In this document: in pieces, positions 1 to 10,556 of the stretch
How positions within the stretch are numbered: the first letter of the stretch is position 1
How the letters are laid out: the number at the start of each line of letters is the position of its first letter
Assembly: GCA_020348885.1 (NCBI GenBank)
Contig: CP070755.1
Span: 1,630,689-1,694,688 of the forward strand
DNA length: 64,000 nt
Source of the DNA: Candidatus Coatesbacteria bacterium
Lineage (GTDB): Bacteria; RBG-13-66-14; B26-G2; WVWN01; G020348885
Direction: 5' to 3'
The notes under the pieces: model-generated
Told to the model about the DNA's origin: nothing
The model's database searches: none
The model's input: the letters and a program-made list of their open reading frames with translations, nothing else
Translations under genes and position numbers: made by a program

Positions 1-45
1 AGGTGTACCCGGTCGGTAAAACCGACTATATCACGGACGTTAACG

Positions 46-80
46 GTTCCCGACCTGAAGGCCGGGGTTTTTTTACGCTG
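46..80 (+). terminator. Putative rho-independent terminator: imperfect GC stem cccgacc/ggccggg, loop tgaa, then T7
   Basis: Hairpin followed by ttttttt at 74-80, read directly from the sequence. Confidence 0.4.
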
Positions 81-144
81 GGGGCCGTGGATTCGTATTT
101 TTAAGCTTGTCAGACGCGGTAAAAAGCGGTTAGTAGAAGATAAT

Positions 145-633
145 CTAAAGGTTCAGGATGAATATCGAGAAGTTCAGTATCGACGCGAAGCTGACCCACA
201 GGATATACGGTACGAGCAGGAAACCGGCCGTTCGGGATACCCTTGAGAAGTAAAATATCGTGAGTATAATCGTGAACCATAAAATAACGATTACCACAAA
301 ACCGGCCAAGGGCGAGTGGAACCCGAAAAAAGCCAAAGACCAGACAGGGTTCAAGACCAGTTGGATTACGTAGACGCCCATAGCCTTACGGACGGCGCTT
401 TTATCCAATCCCTTACGCCATACCAGGTAACCGGATAAACCCATCAACAAATACAAGGATATCCATACCGGCGAAAAAACCCAATCCGGCGGCGTAAACG
501 GCGGCTTCTCAACGTAAGCGTACCACGTCTCGATGTTCGGCGCGGTTAAAAGACCGCCGATAAATCCCGCCGCCTGGCACGCCAATATAGATAAGACCAA
601 CTTCGACGCGTCGACGACTAAAGCCTTTTTCAT
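145..633 (-). CDS. tspO: TspO/MBR family tryptophan-rich sensory protein (5-TM)
   Basis: 162 aa, W-rich, polytopic; motifs typical of the TspO family (WYAYVEKPPFTPPDWVFSPVWISLY, GVYVIQLVLNPVWSLAFFG). Confidence 0.8.
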   Translation of the reverse strand: MKKALVVDASKLVLSILACQAAGFIGGLLTAPNIETWYAYVEKPPFTPPDWVFSPVWISLYLLMGLSGYLVWRKGLDKSAVRKAMGVYVIQLVLNPVWSLAFFGFHSPLAGFVVIVILWFTIILTIFYFSRVSRTAGFLLVPYILWVSFASILNFSIFILNL

Positions 634-872
634 AATATCTCCTCGTTGAACCGGCGACCAACGTTATTATACCCCAAGTGAACGGAAAAACAAAGCGGAG
701 AAAGCGGATTATAATCATTCCCGACCGGATGGACGTATACGACATAGGTCGAGGACGACTGATTTGCAGAACCGTTAAAATTATAATAGACCCCGAGCAC
801 GATTCCCTTGATTTCCTATATCAGGTCGGTTATACTGCCGGTAAAATCCCAAGAAACCTAGCGAGGTATCTA

Positions 873-1868
873 ATGGCAAATATCAAACCTTTCATAGCCG
901 TAGTTTCGCTGCTGTGCTTCGCGGTGGCAGCGGGCGCCGGAGACGGGTATCTGATATCAGTCGACGGCGCCGTTCATAGCGAAGAAGGAACGCTGAAAAC
1001 CCTTGGCGAATTCGAGTACGCGTACGTATCGCCCGGCGGAGCTTACTACGTCGTACTGTCGTTCGTAGAGGGCGCTTTTCCGATAAAGAGCACGGCTCGG
1101 ATTTATGACAAAACGGGTCGGCTTTCGTACGCCGTTCCAAACACCGGCGCGAGCGCCGCCGTCGTCGCCGACAACGGCGCGTGCGTTCTCGTAACCATGT
1201 CCGCAGACGGCCCGGAAGCGACGGCAGACTTAGACTTCTACGACTCATCCGGGGTCAACGTAGGGTCGGCGGCCGTCGGCTACCCCGGCGACGCGATGTT
1301 CTCCCCGAGCGCCGATTACGCCGCTGTAATATCGGCCGGCGAAGCCACTTACGTGTTCGACGCGGATGACGGCGACCTGCTATACGAGCTGCCGGCGTCG
1401 AGGACGCTAGCGGCGGACGATAACGGTTCAGTACTCCTCGTTGACCCGGAGTTCATCGCCCTGTACAGAGACGGGTTCGCCGAGTGGAGTTTCGGCCACG
1501 ACCTGTACTACCCCAGGATGGCTCAGGTTAACGAGGGTAATACGGCCGCGCTGGTCGGTTGTCACCACGAGGTCGCACTCGTTGATATGGAATCGGGTCG
1601 CATAACCGAAACGTGGGAAGCGCCGGACGGCTTCGCCGTGACCGATATAGACGCGTCCGACGACTTCTCGATAATCGGGGTAGGCGTCCGGAGCCTGGAC
1701 GGCGTCGAGGCGGCGTATCTCCTCGACGATTCGTTCGGGGTATTGAAATCGAAAACGGAAACCGTAGCGAAACCGAGCGGCGCTATGCCGATTGTTATCG
1801 TCGTGGACGGCGTAACTCCCGAAGCGACGGTTTTCGGCCAGGGCTGGCGGGCGACGCTGGAAAAGTAA
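873..1868 (+). CDS. Secreted hypothetical protein; signal peptide at the internal Met MANIKPFIAVVSLLCFAVAAGAG
   Basis: The 678-1868 ORF was trimmed to the ATG at 873, which begins a canonical signal peptide. Acidic, D/G/Y-rich body. Confidence 0.55.
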   Translation: MANIKPFIAVVSLLCFAVAAGAGDGYLISVDGAVHSEEGTLKTLGEFEYAYVSPGGAYYVVLSFVEGAFPIKSTARIYDKTGRLSYAVPNTGASAAVVADNGACVLVTMSADGPEATADLDFYDSSGVNVGSAAVGYPGDAMFSPSADYAAVISAGEATYVFDADDGDLLYELPASRTLAADDNGSVLLVDPEFIALYRDGFAEWSFGHDLYYPRMAQVNEGNTAALVGCHHEVALVDMESGRITETWEAPDGFAVTDIDASDDFSIIGVGVRSLDGVEAAYLLDDSFGVLKSKTETVAKPSGAMPIVIVVDGVTPEATVFGQGWRATLEK

Positions 1869-1878
1869 AGGGGCGACT

Positions 1879-3783
1879 ATGAAGAAGACGATAATCATAC
1901 TGTCGGTCGTCGCGCTGGCGGTTCCGCTGACGGCGGAAGCCGAACGCTGGCCGATGGGCCCGGGGGATGTACCCCAGAGGTGCGGGAATAACTGTTACGA
2001 ATTCCAGAACTACGGTGGCAGCTCTTACTACCACGACGGCCTGGACGTCATGGGCGAAGGCGGCGACCCGTGCTACTCCGTAGACGACACATACGTCAGA
2101 CTCATATCCGTGTACGAACCGTACTACACGGGTATTATTACAAGTTACGAAGAAGACGGGTCCGACGACGACGGGTGGCTGTACTGGCACATCACATACG
2201 CGACGATACCGTTCGTCGAGGGAGACTTCGTTCCGGAAAGCGCGTATATTGGCGACATCGCGACTTGGATGACTTCCGAATTCCACCACGTACACTTTAC
2301 CAGAGGTACGTACGTAGGCGGGTGGTACGAGTGTATCGACAACGCCGTTGATTTTATGGACCCGCCCGATGACGACCAGGCGCCCGAGTTCCATGAATCC
2401 GAAACCGACCAGATGTTCTCTTTCTGCGAGGATAACAGTACGACGCGCGTGGACCCTGGCGAAGTAACCGGCCAGGTCGATATCATCGCCAAGATATCCG
2501 ACAGGATAGTCGATACGTATTGGGACATGGTTCCCTATGAAATCGTATGGAGGATAGACGGCGACGGCGGCTCCGTTCCGGAGACCCTTTTTATCAACTT
2601 CACCGGGCCCGTCCCGGCGGAAACTACGGTAACGACCGTCGTATATAAACGGGCCGGCCAGTGGTACACCCAGGGTAACTACGACTACCGGGACTTCTAT
2701 TTCGTCGTTACCAATACAGACGGCGACGGGTTCGCCGAGATGGGCGACGAAAACTACAACTTCGACAGTACGACCTTGCCCGACGGCGACTATACCCTTT
2801 CTGTCCGCGCCAAAGACTTCTACGGCAACGAAGTTACCGAGTCGATGGACTTCACGATAAACAACGACCCGCCGACTTCCTTCGACCTGTTATCGCCGGA
2901 GGACGGCGCCATAATCGACGAACCGGTAACTCTCGACTGGGAGGACGCGGCCGAAAGTTTGGCGCGCACCGACGAATCAGCTAACACCCGGTCAATAGAC
3001 TTAAAGGGCTTAAGGGCGATAACGTACGACGTCTGGTACTCGGGCGAAGACGACTTCGACCCCCACGAGGAGATAAACGACCTTACCGAGTCCACTTATA
3101 CTTTCGCCGAAGGCGAGTTTGATATCGGCGAAACTTACTACTGGAAGGTCCGCGCTTACGACGGCCTCTACGAAACGTGGAGCGGTCCGGACGAATACTG
3201 GTCGTTTACGATTCGCGACCCGTTCGCCGACATCAACGTAACGTCGTTCACCGCCGAAGCCGTGGACGACGGCATCAACGTCGGTTGGGAATGCGCCGAC
3301 GAGGTAGCGGGTTTTAACCTGTACCGCTCAAACGCCGGCGAAGGGAAAGCGGTCGCGTCCCGAGATACGCTCAATAGCGAGCTTATTACGGGCGAATCGC
3401 CGTACGAATACCTCGACGCTACCGTCGAAAAGAGCTTAACCTACAACTATTGGCTCGAGGCGATAGACGTCGGCGGCGCGAGCGAAACCTTCGGGCCGGT
3501 GGATTGCACCTGGAACGGCGTCCTGCCGACGACTTACGCCCTCTATCAATCCCGTCCGAACCCGACGACCGGGACCGCGACCATCGCCTTCGACTTGCCG
3601 GAGGAGGCGCCGGTAACGCTGACGGTCTACGATATCAGCGGACGGAAGGTTACGACGCTTGTGGACGAGACGCTAACGGCGGGCGAACACGACGCCGAGG
3701 TCTCGGGACTTGCGCCGGGCGTGTACGTATACAGGCTGAACGCGGGTACGTTCGCCTCGGCGAAGAAGATGGTGGTTCAGTAG
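1879..3783 (+). CDS. Secreted multidomain protein with a FN3-like region and a T9SS C-terminal sorting domain (Por secretion tail)
   Basis: N-terminal signal peptide. The C-terminal ~80 aa (YALYQSRPNPTTGTATIAFDLPEEAPVTLTVYDISGRKVTTLVDETLTAGEHDAEVSGLAPGVYVYRLNAGTFASAKKMVVQ) matches the T9SS CTD (TIGR04183-like) consensus. Confidence 0.8.
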   Translation: MKKTIIILSVVALAVPLTAEAERWPMGPGDVPQRCGNNCYEFQNYGGSSYYHDGLDVMGEGGDPCYSVDDTYVRLISVYEPYYTGIITSYEEDGSDDDGWLYWHITYATIPFVEGDFVPESAYIGDIATWMTSEFHHVHFTRGTYVGGWYECIDNAVDFMDPPDDDQAPEFHESETDQMFSFCEDNSTTRVDPGEVTGQVDIIAKISDRIVDTYWDMVPYEIVWRIDGDGGSVPETLFINFTGPVPAETTVTTVVYKRAGQWYTQGNYDYRDFYFVVTNTDGDGFAEMGDENYNFDSTTLPDGDYTLSVRAKDFYGNEVTESMDFTINNDPPTSFDLLSPEDGAIIDEPVTLDWEDAAESLARTDESANTRSIDLKGLRAITYDVWYSGEDDFDPHEEINDLTESTYTFAEGEFDIGETYYWKVRAYDGLYETWSGPDEYWSFTIRDPFADINVTSFTAEAVDDGINVGWECADEVAGFNLYRSNAGEGKAVASRDTLNSELITGESPYEYLDATVEKSLTYNYWLEAIDVGGASETFGPVDCTWNGVLPTTYALYQSRPNPTTGTATIAFDLPEEAPVTLTVYDISGRKVTTLVDETLTAGEHDAEVSGLAPGVYVYRLNAGTFASAKKMVVQ

Positions 3784-3845
3784 GGCTGCACCATCAAGTA
3801 AGTTCACTTTAACGCGGTTTATTAGGTTTACTATATATACAAGAA

Positions 3846-3872
3846 GCGGCGCGGTTTACTCCGCGCCGTTTT
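3846..3872 (+). terminator. Rho-independent terminator after the T9SS-CTD gene
   Basis: Stem cggcgcgg / ccgcgccg, loop tttact, then tttt. Confidence 0.5.
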
Positions 3873-3978
3873 CCATATCGATATCTCCCCTATTCTTATT
3901 TCCCCACGTACGTAGCTTATGATATTATCCTGCTTAGCGAAAGCGGGATACGATTTCCCGCCCCTCTTTCTATAGGCT

Positions 3979-4887
3979 GTGGCTAAACCAGATAATAAAC
4001 TACTAATCTCCGGCGTAACCTTCGTCCGAAACGCGGTCAAATTCGATTACCCGCTGGTCGAAGCGGTTCGTTCCATCCTGCCGGTCGTCGACGAGTATAT
4101 CCTCCTCGTCTGCGAAAGCGACGACGACACGCTGGCGTTGGCGCGCTCGTTCGGCGACCCGAAGGTACGCGTATACGAAAGCGATTGGGACGAGACGCTT
4201 CGCGAAGGCGGCCGCATCCTCGCGGCCAAGACAGACGAAGCGATAGCACACACCCGCGGTACGTGGGTATTCTACCTACAGGCCGACGAAGTGGTCCATG
4301 AGGACGACCTCGCGCGGATTAGAGAGCTGTCCGAACGATACGCGGAAACGCCCGAAGTCGAAGGGCTGGTCTTCGAATATCTCCACTTCTACGGAACCTA
4401 CTTCACGGTCCAAAGGAGCCGCAAGTGGTACGCACAGGAGGTACGCGTCGTCTGCAACGTACCCGAACTCCGGAGCTTTGGCGACGCCCAGGGTTTTCGC
4501 GTCGCCGGGCGTAAACCCCGGGCCGTCGCCTCCGGCGCGCGGATATTCCACTACGGCTGGGTCCGCCCGCCGGAAGCGATGCTCGCGAAGATGCGGGCGT
4601 TCCACAGCCTTTGGCACGACGACGAATGGGTGGCGTCCGAGTTGCCTGAAACGATGGACGGGTTCGACTACGGCCCAATGCGCTCGGCGGTACCCTTCGA
4701 CGGAACGCATCCGGCGGTGATGGCCGAGCGGATAGCGGCGGCCGGATGGACACCCGAGAACCTCGGGCTGCTCGAACACTCCCACGACCGCCTCGGGCAG
4801 CGCGTCCTCGGCTGGTTCGAGCGGAACGTAATCTGCCGGAAAATAGGCGAACACCGGAATTTTAAGTTGATACGCCCGCCCGAGTAA
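3979..4887 (+). CDS. Glycosyltransferase family 2-like protein (GTG start)
   Basis: 302 aa, soluble, with an acidic DXD-like region (YLQADEVVHEDD). General resemblance to GT2 nucleotide-sugar transferases; from memory only. Confidence 0.45.
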   Translation: MAKPDNKLLISGVTFVRNAVKFDYPLVEAVRSILPVVDEYILLVCESDDDTLALARSFGDPKVRVYESDWDETLREGGRILAAKTDEAIAHTRGTWVFYLQADEVVHEDDLARIRELSERYAETPEVEGLVFEYLHFYGTYFTVQRSRKWYAQEVRVVCNVPELRSFGDAQGFRVAGRKPRAVASGARIFHYGWVRPPEAMLAKMRAFHSLWHDDEWVASELPETMDGFDYGPMRSAVPFDGTHPAVMAERIAAAGWTPENLGLLEHSHDRLGQRVLGWFERNVICRKIGEHRNFKLIRPPE

Positions 4888-4930
4888 CGTATATTCCGAC
4901 GACTCTTATATTTATACCGATTAACGACTT

Positions 4931-6272
4931 ATGGCCCTTGCCGAGTTTCTATTTATCCTGATAGTAATCCTGGGCTTCGCGAAGCTTACGGGCGAGCTGG
5001 CCCACCGGGTCGGCCAACCGGCGGTACTCGGCGAGCTTGTCGCCGGGATGATACTGGGCGCGAGCGTACTCGGGTTCGTCCCCGCCGTCGGCGCGGGCGG
5101 CGAAACCGTGAGCCTTCTCGACGAGCTCTTCGGGGTCGTCGGGCGACCGGCCGCCGTCGATTGGTTTTTCGAGAACCTTATCCCCCAGTCCGAGTCGGCG
5201 GGGCACTTCATCGGTCTACTCGCCGAAATCGGCGTCATCATCCTCCTATTCCGCATCGGCCTCACGACAAACATTCGCGAGCTGAGCGAAGTGGGCGTCA
5301 AATCGGTGATGGTGGCGGCGGCCGGCGTCATCTTGCCCTTCGCCGGAGGGTTCGCGTTCTGCGAAATGCTCGACCTCCCCAAGACGACCTCTATCTTCGT
5401 AGGCGCGGCGCTAACCGCGACCAGCATCGGTATCACAGCCCGGATACTCACCGACCTGGGGAAGATGAAGACCAAGGAAGCGCGGATCATCCTGGGCGCC
5501 GCGGTCTTCGACGATATCATCGGCCTGATAATCCTTTCGGTAGTGAGCGATCTAGCCCTCACGGGCGTCGTAAGCTGGGGGAAGATAACGTGGACGACGG
5601 TCTCGGCGGTCGGTTTCTTCGCCCTGGCGATAGTCGCGGGAATACTCCTGGCAAGGCCGTTAATAAGGGTAGTCGTAAGGATGCGGGTCCAGGGCGCCCT
5701 TATCGTAACGGCGATATGTTTCGCGTTTGTCTGGGCGCTTTTGGCAGAGGAAGCGGGTTCAGCGGTAATCGTCGGGTCGTTCGCCGCCGGTCTCGCGCTT
5801 GCCGAAACCGATAAGTACGAGCTGTTCCAGAAAGCGTTTTACCCCTTGTCGGAGTTTTTCACGCCGATATTCTTCGTTTCGATAGGCGCAGCCGTCAACG
5901 TCCGGTACTTCAACCCCCTTCGACTCGGCCAACCAGCCGGTACTACTCATCGGCGGGGCGCTTCTGCTTATCGCGATAATCGGCAAGGTCTTAAGCGGTT
6001 ACGCCGCCTGGTCCCGCGAGATACGGAAAATGACCGTCGGAATAGGGATGGTCCCGCGGGGCGAAGTGGGCTTCATCTTCGCCGAGTTCGGGCGCCGGAC
6101 CGGCGTGGTCACCGACTCGATGTTCGCCGCAGTGGTCGTGGTCATGGCGGCCACGACGTTCCTCGCACCGCCGTTGCTGCGGATCGCGCTGGCGCCAACG
6201 CCGATAGGGCGTTCGGTCGTCGGCTGGCTGTTTTCGCCGGTCCGGCGCCCGCGGTGGTTTATGCGGTGGTAA
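4931..6272 (+). pseudogene. CPA2-family cation:proton antiporter (Kef/NapA-like membrane domain), interrupted by a +1 frameshift in a C5 homopolymer at 5914-5918
   Basis: The N-terminus (LGELVAGMILG...) is CPA2-like. After NVRYFNP the frame continues as Arg-rich nonsense. The genuine C-terminus (FDSANQPVLLIGGALLLIAIIGK...GMVPRGEVGFIFAEFG...LLRIALAP) is in the adjacent frame and ends at 6272, which is the separate 6030-6272 ORF. Deleting one C restores a single ~447 aa reading frame. Confidence 0.75.
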
Positions 6273-6349
6273 TACTGTAGCGGATTCCACTCGCCTACGG
6301 CGTAGGCATTATGTTACTACCCACAGATCGATGTATAAACGGGTAAAAC

Positions 6350-7267
6350 TTGAAAGGAACCAAGATGCTCACCGGGATACATTTCCTACTCACGTACAAA
6401 TGCGACTCCGAATGCGACCACTGCTTTCTGTATTGCGGCCCGCACGTTGAAGGGACCTTTACCGCCGGGCAAATCCGAGATATACTGAACGAAGGGAAAA
6501 AACTTGGGACCGTTGAGCGGGTTTACTTCGAGGGCGGCGAACCGTTTCTCTTCTATCCGCTAATGCTCGAGGGTATTCGGACCGCGGCCAAAATGGGCTT
6601 CGAGACCGGCGCCGTAACGAACGCCTACTGGGCAACGTCGGCGGAGGACGCGGAACTGTGGCTTGTACCCTTTCGGGATCTAGACGTCGCGGACCTGAGC
6701 CTGAGCGACGACGCGTTCCACCACGGCGAAGATGAAGACACTCCGCCAAAAAGCGCGTTAGCCGCCGCCTGGAAACTAGATATCCCGGTGGATACGATAT
6801 GCATCGAAGGACCTTCGGACGAAACAGGCGCCGCGAACGAACCCGATAAAGGCGCGCCGGTTGTAGGCGGCGGCGCGATGTTCCGGGGCCGGGCCGTCGA
6901 GAAGTTGACCGAAGGGCTGCCGACGCGGCCGTGGGACGAGCTGGTCGAATGCCCCCACGAGGACCTGGAGAACCCGGGACGTATCCACGTGGACTCTTAC
7001 GGTAACGTACACCTATGCCAGGGCCTGTCGATGGGCAACGCGTGGGAGACACCGTTCTCGAAGCTGATCGAGAAACACGACGCCGGATCGCACCCGATAT
7101 GCGGGCCGTTGATTCGCGGCGGCCCGGCGGAACTTGCGAGAGAATACGGCGTCGAACATAAGGACGGTTACGTGGACGAATGCCACTTCTGCTACCTCAC
7201 CCGGCTGGCGCTCATTGACAGGTTCCCTGAGTACCTTGGCCCTCGCCAAGTGTACGGGCTGGAATAA
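6350..7267 (+). CDS. Radical SAM domain protein of unknown specificity
   Basis: CDSECDHC is a CxxxCxxC radical SAM cluster motif near the N-terminus. 305 aa. Alternative start at 6365 (MLTGIHF). Confidence 0.7.
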   Translation: MKGTKMLTGIHFLLTYKCDSECDHCFLYCGPHVEGTFTAGQIRDILNEGKKLGTVERVYFEGGEPFLFYPLMLEGIRTAAKMGFETGAVTNAYWATSAEDAELWLVPFRDLDVADLSLSDDAFHHGEDEDTPPKSALAAAWKLDIPVDTICIEGPSDETGAANEPDKGAPVVGGGAMFRGRAVEKLTEGLPTRPWDELVECPHEDLENPGRIHVDSYGNVHLCQGLSMGNAWETPFSKLIEKHDAGSHPICGPLIRGGPAELAREYGVEHKDGYVDECHFCYLTRLALIDRFPEYLGPRQVYGLE

Positions 7268-7297
7268 AACTTATGCGAAGGCGGTTCAACGAACGTA

Positions 7298-7831
7298 ATG
7301 AGCGATGAACGACGCAGGCGTAAGAGCCAAGCGGATTACATGAGGAAAATCGTAACAAGGGAAGCACTCGGTAAATACGTCGCGGAGATAAAAGCGGAGG
7401 GTATCAAGGTCGTTTTTACCAACGGGGTTTTCGATATCCTCCATTCGGGGCACGTACGTTACCTGGACGAAGCCGCTTCGCTGGGGGACGTTCTAATCGT
7501 GGCCGTGAACTCGGACTCGTCGGCCAGACAGCTGAAGGGCGCCGGGCGCCCGTATAACAACGAAACAGATCGGGCCGAAGTAATCGCGGCGCTCGAGTGC
7601 GTCAGTTACGTAACGGTTTTCGATGATGATACGCCGTACGAGTTGATAAAAATACTCGGACCGGACGTTCTCGTAAAAGGCGGCGATTGGCCGGTTAATG
7701 AGATAGTTGGCGCCGACGTCGTGAAGGCCGGCGGCGGCGAAGTGTACTCTCTGCCGTATGCCGAAGGACACTCTACGACGGGGCTAATAGAAAAGATAGT
7801 CGCGTCGGCCGGGGAAGGCACCGGTGAGTAA
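7298..7831 (+). CDS. hldE: D-glycero-beta-D-manno-heptose 1-phosphate adenylyltransferase (RfaE/HldE domain II-like cytidylyltransferase fold)
   Basis: [19 protein letters not shown] (the HxGH nucleotidyltransferase motif) ...VAVNSDSS...ETDRAEV. Probable start at 7340 (MRKIVT). Overlaps the kdsB start. Confidence 0.75.
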   Translation: MSDERRRRKSQADYMRKIVTREALGKYVAEIKAEGIKVVFTNGVFDILHSGHVRYLDEAASLGDVLIVAVNSDSSARQLKGAGRPYNNETDRAEVIAALECVSYVTVFDDDTPYELIKILGPDVLVKGGDWPVNEIVGADVVKAGGGEVYSLPYAEGHSTTGLIEKIVASAGEGTGE

Positions 7832-8570
7832 CGACCGGTTGAAAGTCGTAGGCGTAATACCCGTTCGCTATGCGTCGAGCCGTTTCCCCGGGAAAGCGCT
7901 TGCGGACATCGCGGGTAAGCCGATGGTGCAACACGTCTACGAGCGGTGCGCCGCTTGCGAACGGTTGGACCGGTTGTACGTCGCGACCGACGACCAAAGG
8001 ATATACGACGCGGCCCGCGTTTTCACCGACGACGTGGTGATGACCTCGGGCGAACACGAGTCCGGGACCGACAGGGTCGCCGAAGTCGTCGAGGGAATCG
8101 ACGGTGACGTTTTCGTCAACGTCCAGGGCGACGAACCGCTAATCGAGCCCGCGGCGGTCGAAGCGTTGATACGGCCGTTCGAGGAAGACCCGGACGTTAA
8201 TATGACCACGCTGGCGCGACCAGCCGGCGACCGGACCGAAGTATCAAGTCCGAACACGTGTAAAGTAGTAATCAACGAGGCCGGCGACGCGCTCTACTTC
8301 AGCCGCGCGGCAATACCGCATTACCGGGAAACACAGCCGGAACAGTGGTATCTATTACACGTCGGGACGTACGCGTTCCGCAGAGACTTCCTTCTGACCT
8401 TCGCGAGGTTGGAAAAAAGACCGCTCGAAATCGCCGAAGGCCTCGAGATGCTCCGGGCGCTCGAACACGGGTATAAGGTAGGGGTCGTTGTAGGTCCTTT
8501 CGTTTCGCTGGGCGTGGATACGGAAGACGACCTCGAGCGCGTACGGGAACTTATCGAAAGAAACACATAA
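7824..8570 (+). CDS. kdsB: 3-deoxy-manno-octulosonate cytidylyltransferase (CMP-KDO synthetase)
   Basis: [35 protein letters not shown]...NVQGDEPLI are KdsB family motifs. Confidence 0.85.
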   Translation: MSNDRLKVVGVIPVRYASSRFPGKALADIAGKPMVQHVYERCAACERLDRLYVATDDQRIYDAARVFTDDVVMTSGEHESGTDRVAEVVEGIDGDVFVNVQGDEPLIEPAAVEALIRPFEEDPDVNMTTLARPAGDRTEVSSPNTCKVVINEAGDALYFSRAAIPHYRETQPEQWYLLHVGTYAFRRDFLLTFARLEKRPLEIAEGLEMLRALEHGYKVGVVVGPFVSLGVDTEDDLERVRELIERNT

Positions 8571-8595
8571 CGACCGACCTGGACGCAAAATCGCG

Positions 8596-8624
8596 TTGAC
8601 ATCGTTAGCGTTAAGTGATACTAT
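8596..8624 (+). promoter_or_regulatory. Sigma70-type promoter: TTGACA-17-TACTAT with extended -10 TG
   Basis: ttgacatcgttagcgttaagtgatactat, read directly. Lies ~140 nt upstream of the bactofilin gene. Confidence 0.5.
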
Positions 8625-8764
8625 CGCCGTCCTCAAACGCGTTTTGAGCCGTAAGAAGAACGTAGTCCACTATATCCGGTACCCGATTAAATATTATAAA
8701 CAAGCGGTTAAGGGAATAACAACTTAATATAACGTTAATAAAAAAAGGTTTGACGGAGAAGAAG

Positions 8765-9169
8765 ATGACGCAAGATAAATACAATAGGGTTAGGTTAACG
8801 TTTACGTCGCGGGTGGCCGCTGATACGACGATGGACGGCGATTATTTGGGTAAGGCAAACCTGCTTGTCGAAGGCGTGATAACCGGCGACGTTAAGGTTA
8901 AAGGCGCCGTTATGGTCGCCGACGGCGGTACGGTCAAAGGGCGTATCGAAGCCGAAAAGGTCGTAGTTGCCGGAACAGTAGGCGGCGACGTCGTCGCGTC
9001 GAAAGGCGCCGAGGTTAAACGCGCTGGGGACGTCGGCGGAAACGTTTACGCTCGCGAATTGTTGGTAGCTTCCGAAGGGAAGGTCGGCGGCGACATAGGC
9101 GCCGCGAAAAAACGCGTAACTACGTACGAAACGGGAATTGACGTTCCCGAAGAAACAACCGAGGGTTAA
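8765..9169 (+). CDS. Bactofilin (CcmA-like polymer-forming cytoskeletal protein)
   Basis: Repetitive beta-helical G/V/K-rich core (GDVKVKGAVMVADGGTVKGRIEAEKVVVAGTVGGDVVASKGAEV). The ATG at 8765 has GGAG 6 nt upstream. The listed ORF begins at TTG 8750. Confidence 0.75.
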   Translation: MTQDKYNRVRLTFTSRVAADTTMDGDYLGKANLLVEGVITGDVKVKGAVMVADGGTVKGRIEAEKVVVAGTVGGDVVASKGAEVKRAGDVGGNVYARELLVASEGKVGGDIGAAKKRVTTYETGIDVPEETTEG

Positions 9170-9209
9170 CGCTTTTTTATCAAGAATTCAAGGTTGACAG
9201 GGAGTACCG

Positions 9210-10556
9210 ATGAGATTTGAAAAAACGAGGGTCCAGGGTATTTTAGACGAAGCGATAAAAGCGTCCGAAGCGGACGAGACCGAGGTAATTTTCAATGCTA
9301 CCGAAAGCTCTCTTACGCGGTTCAGCGAGAACCGGATACATCAGAACGTAATGGAGCTTAACGCCGGCGTTATCGTACGGGCGGCCGTAGGGAAACGAGT
9401 AGGCGTAGCCAATACGAATATCATTGACGGCGAGGGGATAAAAGACGTAGTCCGGCAAGCGGTCGAGGTTGCGCGCGCGCAGGGCGAAAAGGAAGACTAT
9501 TATGGACTTCCGGAACCTAAACCGGTGGAAGAAGTTAACGTATTCGACCCGAAGACCGCCGAATGTGACCCTGGCGCAAGGGCGTCGTCGGTCGGTAAAG
9601 TTATCTCGGCAGCTAAATCCAGCGATATGAAAGCGGCCGGGTCGTTCAGGACGTCGGAAAGCGTCCTTGCCGTAGCAAATTCAAAAGGCGTAATGACGTT
9701 CCATCCCTATACGGGCGCTCAACTAGTTACGGTGGTTGACTCGGGAATCAGTACCGGATACGGCGAAGGAAGCGGATGGAAGGTGGACGACGTCGACATA
9801 GAGGGGTTGGCGGAGGACGCCGTCAGACGCGCCGAGATGTCGAAGAATCCGCAAGATATCGAACCGGGCAAATACGACGTCGTTCTGGAACACTACTGCC
9901 TATCAGACGTAATACGGTGGATGGCTTTCGTCGTCTTTGACACGAAAGACGTTCTCGAGGGGCGGAGCCTTCTGTCGAAACGCATGGGCGACAAAATAAT
10001 GGGCGACAACATCACGATTTCCGACGACGGGTTGAGCCCGAATGGGATATCTATCCCGTTCGACTTCGAGGGTATGCCGAAAGAAAAGGTGGAAATGGTA
10101 AAGAACGGGGTCGCGACGGAACTGCTATACGACACAACAACGTCTCGTCAGGCTAACAAACCGAATAACGGTCACGCGCTACCGCCGGGATACAGCGGCG
10201 GACCGATACCGCTGGATATCTTCATAGAACCCGGCGATTCCGATATCGAAACGATGATCAACTCGATGGAACGTGGATTATACATTACCAGGTTCCATTA
10301 TATAAACGGTTACGTGGAACCTATGCAAGCGGTCTTCACCGGTATGACGAGAGACGGGACTTTCTGGGTCGAAGACGGAAAAATCGCGTATCCCGTGAAA
10401 AACCTCCGGTGGACGCAATCGATGTTATCCGCGTTCTCCAACGTCAAAATGATATCGAAAGAACGCAGGCTTTTCGGTTCCGCAGACGAAATCTCAATTT
10501 GTACGCCCGCGATGTATGTAAAGGACTTCGAGTTCACCGGCTCAACCGAACACTAA
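9210..10556 (+). CDS. TldD/PmbA family metalloprotease
   Basis: 448 aa with TldD/PmbA-like N- and C-terminal regions (…GLYITRFHYINGYVEP…FTGMTRDGTFWVEDGKIAYPVKNLRW…). Confidence 0.75.
   Translation: MRFEKTRVQGILDEAIKASEADETEVIFNATESSLTRFSENRIHQNVMELNAGVIVRAAVGKRVGVANTNIIDGEGIKDVVRQAVEVARAQGEKEDYYGLPEPKPVEEVNVFDPKTAECDPGARASSVGKVISAAKSSDMKAAGSFRTSESVLAVANSKGVMTFHPYTGAQLVTVVDSGISTGYGEGSGWKVDDVDIEGLAEDAVRRAEMSKNPQDIEPGKYDVVLEHYCLSDVIRWMAFVVFDTKDVLEGRSLLSKRMGDKIMGDNITISDDGLSPNGISIPFDFEGMPKEKVEMVKNGVATELLYDTTTSRQANKPNNGHALPPGYSGGPIPLDIFIEPGDSDIETMINSMERGLYITRFHYINGYVEPMQAVFTGMTRDGTFWVEDGKIAYPVKNLRWTQSMLSAFSNVKMISKERRLFGSADEISICTPAMYVKDFEFTGSTEH

Noticed and set aside
3450-3812. 120-aa Arg-rich ORF overlapping the end of the T9SS-CTD gene
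   Set aside because: It overlaps a region with an excellent CTD consensus match in another frame, and it is low-complexity.
509-4753. Numerous Arg/Pro/Ser-rich ORFs antisense to or overlapping the annotated genes (e.g. 892-1248, 1181-1369, 2070-2351, 4037-4249, 4403-4753)
   Set aside because: Typical spurious long ORFs of high-GC DNA. The composition is low-complexity Arg/Pro/Ser/Gly, they overlap better-supported genes with family motifs, and they have no RBS.
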